Positions 14,992-22,626 are shown, counted from the first letter of the stretch. The stretch: DNA of 32,000 bases from Paenibacillus macerans (GCF_023715465.1 NZ_JAMBOE010000002.1:49104-81103); one strand, 5' to 3'. Translations and numbers: made by a program. The notes: generated from the sequence alone by a model not told the origin.

Positions 14992-15682
14992 TTTTATAGC
15001 CGACCCCCCATACGGTTTTGATATACTTTGGTTTTTCTACAGTGTCGCCCATTTTTTCACGCAAGTGACGGATATGGACGGTGATCGTATTGTTGCTTTT
15101 GCTGTAATACTCGTCCTTCCAAATCTCAGAAAAAAGTTCCTCGGCACTCACCACTCTGCCCTTTCGCTCCAGTAAAATGCGGAGTATGGAAAACTCGGTG
15201 GGTGTCAGTTCAAGAGGTTGTTCATTCAGTAGGCACTCATGCGTGTTTACATCCATAACCAAACCTGAATGGACGATTACAGGCTCATTGACAGGCGCAG
15301 ACTGCGGCGTGTTGTATTTTTTATAGCGCCGCAACTGTGCTTTTACACGCGCTACCATCTCAAGCGGACGGAACGGTTTTGTGATATAGTCGTCGGCACC
15401 CAAGGTTAGCCCCGTAATTTTATCCGTCTCTTCATCTTTGGCCGTCAGCATAATGATGGGATAGGTATGCTGTTCCCGTATTTTCTGGCAAAGCATAAAG
15501 CCATTGATGTCCGGCAGCATAATGTCCAGAATGGCCAGGTCAAGCTCCGTCGTTTCAATGCAGGCAAGAGCTTCCTTTGCAGAGTAAAACTTGAACACTT
15601 CATAATTTTCATTGCGCAGATACACTTCTATTAAATCCGCTATTTCATGTTCATCGTCAACAACGAGAACTTTAGTACACAT
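14978..15682 (-). CDS. vanR: Response regulator VanR (OmpR/PhoB family)
   Basis: VLVVDDEHEIADL, DLAILDIMLP, ITGLTLGADDYITKPF and TVWGVGYKIE are near-collinear with VanR. I prefer the ATG at 15682, with the RBS AAAGGAG 8 nt upstream, over the ORF-track start at 15715. Confidence 0.92.
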   Translation of the reverse strand: MCTKVLVVDDEHEIADLIEVYLRNENYEVFKFYSAKEALACIETTELDLAILDIMLPDINGFMLCQKIREQHTYPIIMLTAKDEETDKITGLTLGADDYITKPFRPLEMVARVKAQLRRYKKYNTPQSAPVNEPVIVHSGLVMDVNTHECLLNEQPLELTPTEFSILRILLERKGRVVSAEELFSEIWKDEYYSKSNNTITVHIRHLREKMGDTVEKPKYIKTVWGVGYKIEKQ

Positions 15683-15769
15683 GATTTTCAGCTCCTTTCC
15701 GGCAGAACTCAACATCCTCCTATTTTACTAAATTCGGCAACTAAATTTATGACTTCCAGCTTGAGAAAT

Positions 15770-15786
15770 TATTAAGATTTTCATAA
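15770..15786 (-). promoter_or_regulatory. Possible VanR autoregulatory site upstream of vanR
   Basis: On the minus strand, TTATGAaaatcTTAATAattt aligns with the vanH-site TTAGGAttttcTTAGGAattt and keeps the same 11-bp phasing. It begins 8 nt after the MFS stop codon. Confidence 0.35.
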
Positions 15787-15793
15787 GGTCCAT

Positions 15794-17023
15794 TCATTTG
15801 AACTTACCCTTATACAAAACGGGTATAGCCGCTGCTATAAGGATCATCCCCATAAAAGCGGGTGCGGCATGTCCAAGCGATACATAGATTTGACCTCCAA
15901 TGATAGGCCCAATTATTCTTGCTAAAGCCTGAATCGATTGGCTGCCTCCTTGAATCCTTCCTTGCTCACTGGGATCGGCAGACTTGGAGAGCATCCCATT
16001 AAATGAAGGCCCGAAGATCGAATCGCCAAAACCAAATATAAACATTCCCGCGATAATAAGCGGATAGAATGAGAACAAAGCGGATAGCGCAATAAGACCG
16101 TAACCTATAATCTCCGAAACCATTCCAAGAATTGCTATTTGTGCATCACTGAGTTTTTTCAGGAGCTTTGGCATGATGAAACCTTGGGAAATGATGTCCT
16201 GGACGCCAATAATAGAGAACATAAGTCCGATTAGTGCAGGCTTCCAGCTAAAAGTATCCATTGTAAATTGTGAAAAAACCGCCTGTAAAGATCCATTGGG
16301 TATCCAAAGTAAGAACGCTGAGACAAGCAGCCTTTTTAAGTTTTTCATGGAAAGTACGTTTACAAGCTGGGTGAATGGATTCAGTCGTACAAAGGTGATC
16401 TTTTGCAGTCTATTATTCTTGTCAAGGCTCTCAGGCATAAAAAAGAATCCATAAACAACATTTATTAAAGTGATGATTGCTCCGAAATACATGGGTGCAG
16501 AATAATCAAACCTGGCAAGTAATCCGCCTAGAGTCGGGCCAATGACGGTGCCTACACCTACAACCGCACTCATCCATCCAAAGTATTTGGTTCTCTGTTC
16601 TGGTGGAATGATGTCGGCAAAATATGCGAAGATCGTGCTTATGCTCCCACCTGTTATACCTTCTATTATGCGTCCGGCAAATAGTACCCATAGGGCCCCT
16701 CCTATGCCAAAAACGAAATACCCGATTGCGGAACCCAATAGGCATATTAAGAGTAATGGACGACGGCCATATCTGTCGCTCAAAGCTCCAAGTCCGGGGG
16801 CGGCAAAAAACACACAGACTGCATAAACAGAGGTCAGCAGCGTAACAACTATAGCTTGATCTCCCGGATGGCTTATATATGGCTGCACTAAGAATGGGAC
16901 GACAGGTGTTATGATACTGAAGCCTATTCCGCAAAGAAACACAGACATAAGACCAAATATTAAAGCCTTTTTATCAACGGCTTGTACCGTGTTCTGTTCA
17001 TGGTGTGATCTAAATTTAAACAC
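15794..17023 (-). CDS. MFS drug/H+ antiporter (12-TM DHA1, TetA-like)
   Basis: 409 aa with a GTG start and the RBS GAGAGGAG. MFS motif A is GALSDRYGRRPLLL, and motif-C-like GPTLGG is present. Confidence 0.85.
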   Translation of the reverse strand: MFKFRSHHEQNTVQAVDKKALIFGLMSVFLCGIGFSIITPVVPFLVQPYISHPGDQAIVVTLLTSVYAVCVFFAAPGLGALSDRYGRRPLLLICLLGSAIGYFVFGIGGALWVLFAGRIIEGITGGSISTIFAYFADIIPPEQRTKYFGWMSAVVGVGTVIGPTLGGLLARFDYSAPMYFGAIITLINVVYGFFFMPESLDKNNRLQKITFVRLNPFTQLVNVLSMKNLKRLLVSAFLLWIPNGSLQAVFSQFTMDTFSWKPALIGLMFSIIGVQDIISQGFIMPKLLKKLSDAQIAILGMVSEIIGYGLIALSALFSFYPLIIAGMFIFGFGDSIFGPSFNGMLSKSADPSEQGRIQGGSQSIQALARIIGPIIGGQIYVSLGHAAPAFMGMILIAAAIPVLYKGKFK

Positions 17024-17049
17024 TTAAATTCTCCTCTCAAAAAACGCCG

Positions 17050-17108
17050 TTTTGCTTCCTTGGAAACAAAATCATCGTATCATCATTTTGCTTCCTTGGC
17101 AACAAAAT
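17050..17108 (-). promoter_or_regulatory. MFS promoter with two copies of a 23-bp palindromic operator
   Basis: TTTTGCTTCCTTGG(A/C)AACAAAAT occurs at 17050-17072 and 17086-17108, 36 bp apart. Each copy is an imperfect dyad (TTTTGyTTCC-nn-GGAArCAAAA). The minus-strand promoter TTGCCA (17102-17097), a 17-nt spacer and TACGAT (17079-17074) lie between and over the two copies. Confidence 0.65.
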
Positions 17109-17117
17109 AAAAGCAAT

Positions 17118-17152
17118 AAAAAAGCAGCCCGCTCTCAATAGAGCCCGGCTGC
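17118..17152 (-). terminator. Rho-independent terminator after the second marR gene
   Basis: The minus-strand RNA reads GCAGCCGGGCUCU-auug-AGAGCGGGCUGC followed by UUUUUUAUU. Confidence 0.75.
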
Positions 17153-17179
17153 CTATGGTTTGGTTTTCATGATTCAAAT

Positions 17180-17653
17180 TTATTCCAACTTCATATCTAG
17201 CCCCTGTTTCTTTATTTCTGCATCCAAATGCCTGCTATACTTTTCCATGAAGCGAAGCATACCGTCAAATTGTTCCTCGGTTACCTGCGCAAATACGGCT
17301 TTATCCCGCTCTTGAAACTCTTTGTGCAGTTCCTCATGGATTTTATAAATGACTTTCCCTTGCTCAGTAAGCCTAAAATAGATTTCTTTCTTGTTTTCCG
17401 GCTTCTGATAGCTTTCGATAAGGCCTTTTTTTATGAGCTTCTTAGTTATTTTACTTATGGCGCCGCTAGTCATATAAAAGGCCTCCGCAAGTTTTGTCAC
17501 GTTGGAATCAGCATTTCTTTCAATGTATTCGATGCAATGGACTTCAGAAGACTTATATCCCTTAAGACTGTCTTCCATCTTAAACTTATTAAGGTAAACC
17601 ATCTTGTTGAATAAGTCCCTGAAACCCATTATGACCTGTTCTTCTTTGTTCAT
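17180..17653 (-). CDS. MarR-family transcriptional regulator, likely repressor of the adjacent MFS pump
   Basis: Winged HTH (SEVHCIEYIERNADSNVTKLAEAFYMTSGAISKITKKLIKKGLIE). I prefer the ATG at 17653, with the RBS GGGAGGA upstream. Confidence 0.85.
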   Translation of the reverse strand: MNKEEQVIMGFRDLFNKMVYLNKFKMEDSLKGYKSSEVHCIEYIERNADSNVTKLAEAFYMTSGAISKITKKLIKKGLIESYQKPENKKEIYFRLTEQGKVIYKIHEELHKEFQERDKAVFAQVTEEQFDGMLRFMEKYSRHLDAEIKKQGLDMKLE

Positions 17654-17722
17654 GGCCTGTCCTCCCAGCCGTTGGTGCATTAACAATATAAAATTAGAAT
17701 GTTCGTCTCCATGCCTCTACCT

Positions 17723-17762
17723 TACCAAAAACAAGAACAGAGTGGTAGTCCTGCTACCACTC
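17723..17762 (-). terminator. Rho-independent terminator after the MetRS gene
   Basis: The minus-strand RNA reads GAGUGGUAG-cagga-CUACCACUC followed by UGUUCUUGUUUUUGG. Confidence 0.7.
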
Positions 17763-17772
17763 CGAAAGATTT

Positions 17773-19413
17773 TCAGCGATTTAACTGACTGAGAAGCCGT
17801 TGTTCTTCTTCCTCAATCCTTTCGGGAGAGATCCGTTCAAATAAGTGGCTTACGTTTCGAATCATTTTCCCTGCCGGCACCACAACGGGTTCCCAATTGG
17901 CTTCGTCCAGTTCGAGAAACTGGCGAATCCTTTTACAAGCCGCCGGGATGAACGGATTCAACAGATTCCCGAGGTTGGCGATAATTTGTGTGCAGGTGAA
18001 CAGTGTTTGGGCGCATTGATCCGGGTTTTCCCGATAAGTAACCCAAGGCTTTTCCTCGTCAAAGAATTTGTTAGCCTTGCGAATATTTTCGAAAATCAGA
18101 TCCAGCGCATTCTTGAAACGTGCTGCTTCGATCAACTCTCCACAACGCGTGTAGAGATCAATTAAAGTTGTGGACCACTTCGCATCCGGGGCTCCTACCG
18201 GCACCTGAGAATTGAAGGATTTTACAATAAAAGCTAAGGTCCGGTTCACGAAGTTCCCAAATGTCCCTAGAAGTTCACCATTATGACTGTGTATGAACTC
18301 CCTCCATGAAAAGTCTGTATCCCGCCTTTCCGGCCCGTTTGTGATCAGGAAATACCGGATAGAGTCGGATGAATACCGCTCCAAAATATCCGGGACCCAT
18401 ACAGCCCAGTTGCGGCTAGTAGAGAACTTTTTCCCTTCGAGTGTCATGTACTCGCTGGACACAATCCGGTCTGGGCGATGCAGATCGCCGGCCCCCGATA
18501 AAATGGCGGGCCAAATCAACGTATGAAAAGGAATATTATCCTTGCCGTGGACGTAATAGGCAACTGTATTGCCCCCTTTTACCCAATACGGCCTCCAATC
18601 CGTTCCATGCTCCTCCGCCCACCTTAAGCTGGCCGACAGGTAACCGCTCACAGCTTCGATCCATACGTATATTTTCTTTCCCTCGAAACCTTCGACCGGT
18701 ACGTCGACTCCCCAATCCAAGTCCCTGGTCACGGCGCGATCCTGAAGCCCTTCGCGCAGGTATCTCTCCGTCAATTGAAGCGCATTTTCCCTCCAGCCTA
18801 CGGCGTTCTTCAAGTAATTTTCCAGCTCCGTCTGGAACGCAGACAATCGCAGATAATAATGCTCCGTCGGACGATCCACAGGCGTACTGCCGCAAAGTTT
18901 ACATCTTCTGTCCGACAAGTCTGAAGGGTCCAGCAATGTAGAGCAGAAGTCGCACTGGTCTCCCCGTGCCTTTTCTCCGCAAATAGGACATGTCCCCTCG
19001 ACATATCGGTCAGGAAGAAAACGACCGTCAACTTCGCAGTAAGTTTGCTGCACATTCCTCTTGTCTAGACACCCGTTTTCCAAGAGACGAAGGAATAATT
19101 CTTGAACGGTTTGGTGATGGTGTTTCTCATCCGTCCGAGTGTACAAGTCAAAAGAAAAATCCAACATCTTAAAACATTGCACAAATTCATGGTGGTACCG
19201 ATCGGCAATTTCGCTCGGACTCACTCCCACCTGTGACGCTTGAACCGCTACGGGTGTCCCATGACAGTCGCTCCCTGACACATAAAGCACAGAATCTCCA
19301 TTAGCCCGGTGGTAGCGTGCGAGCACATCCCCTGGCAGTACACTCGCTAGCCTTCCCAAGTGAAGGGAACCATTGGCGTATGGCCAAGCTCCACCGATAA
19401 AAATGTTTCTCAC
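17773..19413 (-). CDS. metG: Methionyl-tRNA synthetase, short MetRS1-type form with zinc knuckles and no C-terminal tRNA-binding domain; probable auxiliary copy
   Basis: 546 aa with a GTG start and the RBS AAAGGAGG. It is collinear with E. coli MetRS (PYANGS-HLG, FLPDR-V-GTCP-C, YVW-DA, GKD---FH---WPA). Cys knuckles are CPICG..CDFC and CKLCG. The signature motifs read HLGR and KFSTS. Confidence 0.85.
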   Translation of the reverse strand: MRNIFIGGAWPYANGSLHLGRLASVLPGDVLARYHRANGDSVLYVSGSDCHGTPVAVQASQVGVSPSEIADRYHHEFVQCFKMLDFSFDLYTRTDEKHHHQTVQELFLRLLENGCLDKRNVQQTYCEVDGRFLPDRYVEGTCPICGEKARGDQCDFCSTLLDPSDLSDRRCKLCGSTPVDRPTEHYYLRLSAFQTELENYLKNAVGWRENALQLTERYLREGLQDRAVTRDLDWGVDVPVEGFEGKKIYVWIEAVSGYLSASLRWAEEHGTDWRPYWVKGGNTVAYYVHGKDNIPFHTLIWPAILSGAGDLHRPDRIVSSEYMTLEGKKFSTSRNWAVWVPDILERYSSDSIRYFLITNGPERRDTDFSWREFIHSHNGELLGTFGNFVNRTLAFIVKSFNSQVPVGAPDAKWSTTLIDLYTRCGELIEAARFKNALDLIFENIRKANKFFDEEKPWVTYRENPDQCAQTLFTCTQIIANLGNLLNPFIPAACKRIRQFLELDEANWEPVVVPAGKMIRNVSHLFERISPERIEEEEQRLLSQLNR

Positions 19414-19435
19414 GGTAATTTACCTCCTTTTTATA

Positions 19436-19649
19436 GAAAAACAACAAAAAGACCCCCATCCCTAAAGGGACGAGAGTCTTAGCTCACGTGGTACCACCCA
19501 GTTTCATCAATGTCTTACGACATTCACCTCTTCAAGTACGCCGCAGAACGCGGTTATACTCTAGCACGATAACGGGTGCGGGTTCCCGGCGCAACCTACT
19601 TCCGGATTGAGGTTTCGATGCGCGGCTCAGAGACCATATTCGCGGGAAG
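19436..19649 (-). promoter_or_regulatory. T-box riboswitch leader (3' half unambiguous; Stem I and specifier unresolved)
   Basis: Read on the minus strand: the T-box sequence AAACUGGGUGGUACCACG (19504-19487); a Stem III-like AAUGUC-GUAA-GACAUU (19524-19509); the F-box CCGUUA (19575-19570); AGUAG (19600-19596); and the terminator GACUCUCGUCCCU-uu-AGGGAUGGGGGUC plus U-run (19478-19436). It lies directly upstream of an aaRS gene. Confidence 0.85.
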
Positions 19650-19988
19650 TTACTTCATGATCAGGACGCCGTTCAAGTCGACTAGGCCCCACTGATAAGC
19701 TTTCATAATCGCTTCATACCGGTTTCGCGCAAATTCGTTCTCACCATTCTGCTGTTGATAAATGCGATTATACTCCTCTTCTTCAGACGGTGTCTGACGC
19801 GCAAAGTTTGGATTGATTACACGTTGATCATCAAGTGCTGACATAAACTGATCAAAGGTCATGGAACGTGAAGGTTGAGGCTGCGAGTTCCCCTTCAATT
19901 CATTTTGAAAACGGTTGACTAAAGTCAGCTTGGTGTAGGCCGCAAACTCTGGCGTAAACATTCCGTTCGCAGCAATTGGACTTGTCAT
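19650..19988 (-). CDS. Hypothetical protein (112 aa); no domain recognised
   Basis: A strong RBS, AAAGGAGGTGA, lies 8 nt before the ATG. A good promoter is upstream. The sequence is not low-complexity. Its stop codon lies inside or at the edge of the T-box leader. Confidence 0.6.
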   Translation of the reverse strand: MTSPIAANGMFTPEFAAYTKLTLVNRFQNELKGNSQPQPSRSMTFDQFMSALDDQRVINPNFARQTPSEEEEYNRIYQQQNGENEFARNRYEAIMKAYQWGLVDLNGVLIMK

Positions 19989-20064
19989 CTCTGTTTCACC
20001 TCCTTTCAGAAAATAGCTGGATCCACCTTAGAATTTGACATTATTCTTGCGGCTCGATAAGATA

Positions 20065-20093
20065 ATTCTAAAGTGACCTGATAGTTTTTTCAA
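20065..20093 (-). promoter_or_regulatory. sigmaA promoter for the 112-aa gene, and possibly the T-box/MetRS unit
   Basis: TTGAAA (20093-20088), a 17-nt spacer, then TAGAAT (20070-20065). Confidence 0.6.
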
Positions 20094-20236
20094 GAACTAA
20101 TTGGTCAAAGCATAAGGAACAGAAGAGAGGCTCCATAATCGGGATGTTCGGAATCCCGATATTGCTGGCTCCCGCCCTGGGTCCCGTGGGAAATATCATT
20201 ATGCTGGAGGGGTTGGATTATGAATTCGTTTTCTGA
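20072..20236 (+). pseudogene. Remnant of a DHA2 (EmrB/QacA-type) MFS transporter gene
   Basis: A 55-codon open frame with no start reads ...NWSKHKEQKRGSIIGMFGIPILLAPALGPVGNIIMLEGLDYEFVF*. KRGsiiGmfG....LAPALGPv is the conserved TM4-TM5 region of DHA2 pumps. The similarity ends abruptly after GPV. Confidence 0.45.
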
Positions 20237-20498
20237 TTTCAAGGTAATGACTGCAGTCGTTATCTTCTCGTTTTTGTTATCGATTGCCGTGTTAGGTTTT
20301 TGTCCCCTTCACATTCCGATTCATTTTAATGGCGGCCATGCCGATCGGTTCATTAATAAGTATGTTGGGCTGTTTATTTTTCCGGTGCTGATGACCATCG
20401 GGCTGCTTCTGCGGAAACTGGAGTTCAAGATGGTCTGGGGTATCTACTTCTGCGCACTGCTCCATCTCTATCTTCTCTACAATGCCGTCGTCATATGA
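20220..20498 (+). CDS. Small membrane protein, DUF1648/SdpI-N-terminal-like; possibly truncated
   Basis: 92 aa with three hydrophobic segments. IPIHFNGGHADRFINK resembles the DUF1648 motif. Its start overlaps the end of the MFS remnant. Confidence 0.35.
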   Translation: MNSFSDFKVMTAVVIFSFLLSIAVLGFCPLHIPIHFNGGHADRFINKYVGLFIFPVLMTIGLLLRKLEFKMVWGIYFCALLHLYLLYNAVVI

Positions 20499-20623
20499 CT
20501 TTTACGATAGGGATTCATCAATTCCATTTGATTCAAATCCAGACTTAGACGATCGTAAATATCGGAAACATATCTGAGCCTGAAATGAATTCTTATTAGA
20601 CGTTACCGAAGGAGGCGGCACGG

Positions 20624-21499
20624 ATGAGTGTGCTGAAGGAGAAAATTATGCAGTCGGCGATTCGGCTGTTCGCGGAAAAAGGGTACCAGGCGACATCCAT
20701 ACAGGATATCGCTGATGATTGCAGCATTGCCAAGGGTTCGCTATACAAGCATTTTGGCTCAAAAGAAGAACTGTACATCAGCATTTTGGAGAAGCGTCAG
20801 CAGGACATGATCGATGCAGTCGATCGAATCCGAAAAATGCAGCTGCCTAAAAGGGAAACCTACCTGGAGGAGCTTGCCTGCCAGTTCGATTTTTACATAA
20901 AGCACGGCTATTATATTTCGCGGGATCATAACGAGCTCCCTCCCGTCAACAACGATAAAATCGAAAACGTTCTGAGCAGGATGAGAAGAAGCATGTTTCT
21001 GTATTATCAAGACATTCTCACCCGTCAGTACGGACAGTCCATTGAGCAATGGAAATGGGATGCCGCCGCTATGCTGAGCGGTCTCATCCGGGAATATACC
21101 TTTCACCTGCTTTTCGGATACATGCCTATCGATAAAAAAGAGTTAGCTTTGTTCATCGCTGAACGGATGGACGATCTCGTGGAGGGATTGAGAAAACGAT
21201 CGGCTCCCCCCCTTCTTACCGATGAGCTCATGGCGGAATATGCCCAAATCGATCTCAAGGGGCTGTATGCGTCCCGCGAAGGGAGAAGAGAAGCGCTGAT
21301 TCACAAAATATCGTCCATCATTCCGGATATCGCCGTGCCGAATCAGAGAAAGCAAGAATTGGCGGAGGTCGCCGCCATGCTCCAGGAGGAATCCGGGCAG
21401 GAACAGCCGAGACGTTTCCTGCAGCTAGCGCTCCTTCGTGATTTGCAATCGGAAAGCGAGCTTACCTTTTATGCGAATCAGCTTCTCCCTTTGATTTAA
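20624..21499 (+). CDS. TetR/AcrR-family transcriptional regulator with an unusually long C-terminal domain
   Basis: 291 aa with the RBS GAAGGAGG. The N-terminal HTH is IMQSAIRLFAEKGYQATSIQDIADDCSIAKGSLYKHFGSKEELY. Confidence 0.85.
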   Translation: MSVLKEKIMQSAIRLFAEKGYQATSIQDIADDCSIAKGSLYKHFGSKEELYISILEKRQQDMIDAVDRIRKMQLPKRETYLEELACQFDFYIKHGYYISRDHNELPPVNNDKIENVLSRMRRSMFLYYQDILTRQYGQSIEQWKWDAAAMLSGLIREYTFHLLFGYMPIDKKELALFIAERMDDLVEGLRKRSAPPLLTDELMAEYAQIDLKGLYASREGRREALIHKISSIIPDIAVPNQRKQELAEVAAMLQEESGQEQPRRFLQLALLRDLQSESELTFYANQLLPLI

Positions 21500-21560
21500 C
21501 GAGCTGGTGGTAAGGCCCACAGCCCGCTTTCATGATGCTAGGAATGAATTAATTTGTGTA

Positions 21561-21595
21561 ATCATTGAATCAGGCAGCCGGTCGGCAAAACGATC
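21561..21595 (+). terminator. Hairpin between convergent genes; weak terminator candidate
   Basis: CAGGCAGCC (21561-21569) pairs with GGCTGCCTG (21587-21595) around a 17-nt loop. It is followed by the T-rich tgcctggttgtttgg. Confidence 0.35.
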
Positions 21596-21659
21596 TGGCT
21601 GCCTGTGCCTGGTTGTTTGGTGGATTAAAGACGATAAACCCTGTGCGATTTTGCTTCCT

Positions 21660-22124
21660 TTAATATTCTCCTTTTATTACAAAAAACGAGCCCCGAATGG
21701 TTCCAGCCAGTTTAGACTTCTGCCGGGCAAACTTAAATTTCTCTTCTAATTCCTTGGGCACCTCCATCCCCTCGGAAAGTTTGAAACCAACAGCCCGCTT
21801 CTTAGGGTCATCAACCGTATACATGACATTGAGCCCAAGCCCATCCTCATAAAAGACGTAGGCCATTTTGATATTTTCCACTTGAAAACGCGACGTCTCT
21901 AAAGGTTTGGCCGCAAACTCAATATTACGTTCTTCTTTCAAAATCCGGTTCACATAATCAAGGGTCTCCTGGCTTTCGCTAGCCGGTACAACCGTAAATT
22001 CATGCTTATATTTGTTCATAAAGTAACGGGCTTCATTCGCTCGTAAACCGGCAAGCGCTTCTGCTACGGGTGAAGACTCTAAGCCAACCGTAGACACATT
22101 TTTAAAGTCGACGATATAGGACAT
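21660..22124 (-). CDS. Hypothetical protein (~154 aa), co-oriented with the GyrI-like gene
   Basis: ORF-track frame 21660..22181. I prefer the ATG at 22124, 7 nt from AAGGGGG. I recognised no domain. Confidence 0.55.
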   Translation of the reverse strand: MSYIVDFKNVSTVGLESSPVAEALAGLRANEARYFMNKYKHEFTVVPASESQETLDYVNRILKEERNIEFAAKPLETSRFQVENIKMAYVFYEDGLGLNVMYTVDDPKKRAVGFKLSEGMEVPKELEEKFKFARQKSKLAGTIRGSFFVIKGEY

Positions 22125-22146
22125 GCTCATACCCCCTTTGATCTCT

Positions 22147-22626
22147 TTATTTCCTAACCACAGGAATCCACATTTCACCAAATACTAAACCATTTCGCTG
22201 CCCCATCACAACCGATGTATTTGGCCCGCCAACATAGGCAAAATCTTTTGCTTCCGGCAAGGCTTGGCCAAAGGCAATGCCGGCCAGCGTATTATTTAGC
22301 TCTTCAGCCGACTTCCCTTCCCCTTTAACAACCAGGTATTCCCCCTTAGGAAATTGAATAACCCTGGTTGCTTCCGGTAGCGAGGCCTCGCTCAATACAC
22401 CAGCGTAATGCATCATCTTGTTATTCACCGCTTCGTTCACGGCAAAAATGTAGTCATTTTCGGCTACGGCCTTTAAAGTGTCAAGCGTCCCATCTTGTTT
22501 CACTGCCTGCCAAAAGTCTGCCTTTTCCTTGTTTATGCCGGCATAGTCCGTATAATCGCTCTTAAGCTCAGTTCCAATGCCTACAACGGTAAAGCTGTCT
22601 TTTTCCTCAAGGGTATAATTTGCCAT
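22147..22626 (-). CDS. GyrI-like small-molecule-binding domain protein (AraC effector-binding fold, YobU-like)
   Basis: I prefer the ATG at 22626, with the RBS AAGGAAGG 8 nt upstream. EEKDSFTVVGIGTEL......FWQ... and IQFPKGEYLVVKGEG...GPNTSVVMG...GEMWIPV fit the two-repeat GyrI-like fold. Confidence 0.7.
   Translation of the reverse strand: MANYTLEEKDSFTVVGIGTELKSDYTDYAGINKEKADFWQAVKQDGTLDTLKAVAENDYIFAVNEAVNNKMMHYAGVLSEASLPEATRVIQFPKGEYLVVKGEGKSAEELNNTLAGIAFGQALPEAKDFAYVGGPNTSVVMGQRNGLVFGEMWIPVVRK

Noticed and set aside
19700-19800. A T-box Stem-I-like fold inside orf112 (an 8-bp helix around GGUGAGA, K-turn-like UGAAGAAGAGGAGUA)
   Set aside because: I did not call it as a feature. The AG-bulge consensus is missing. 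The codon it would present (AGC or GCU) does not match the downstream MetRS. The segment also reads as normal coding sequence (EEEEYNRIYQQQNGENEF...). It is kept only as an alternative within the T-box finding.
21507-21749. 80-aa plus-strand ORF after the TetR gene
   Set aside because: It has no RBS, it overlaps the hairpin and the 3' end of the convergent minus-strand gene, and its composition looks non-coding.
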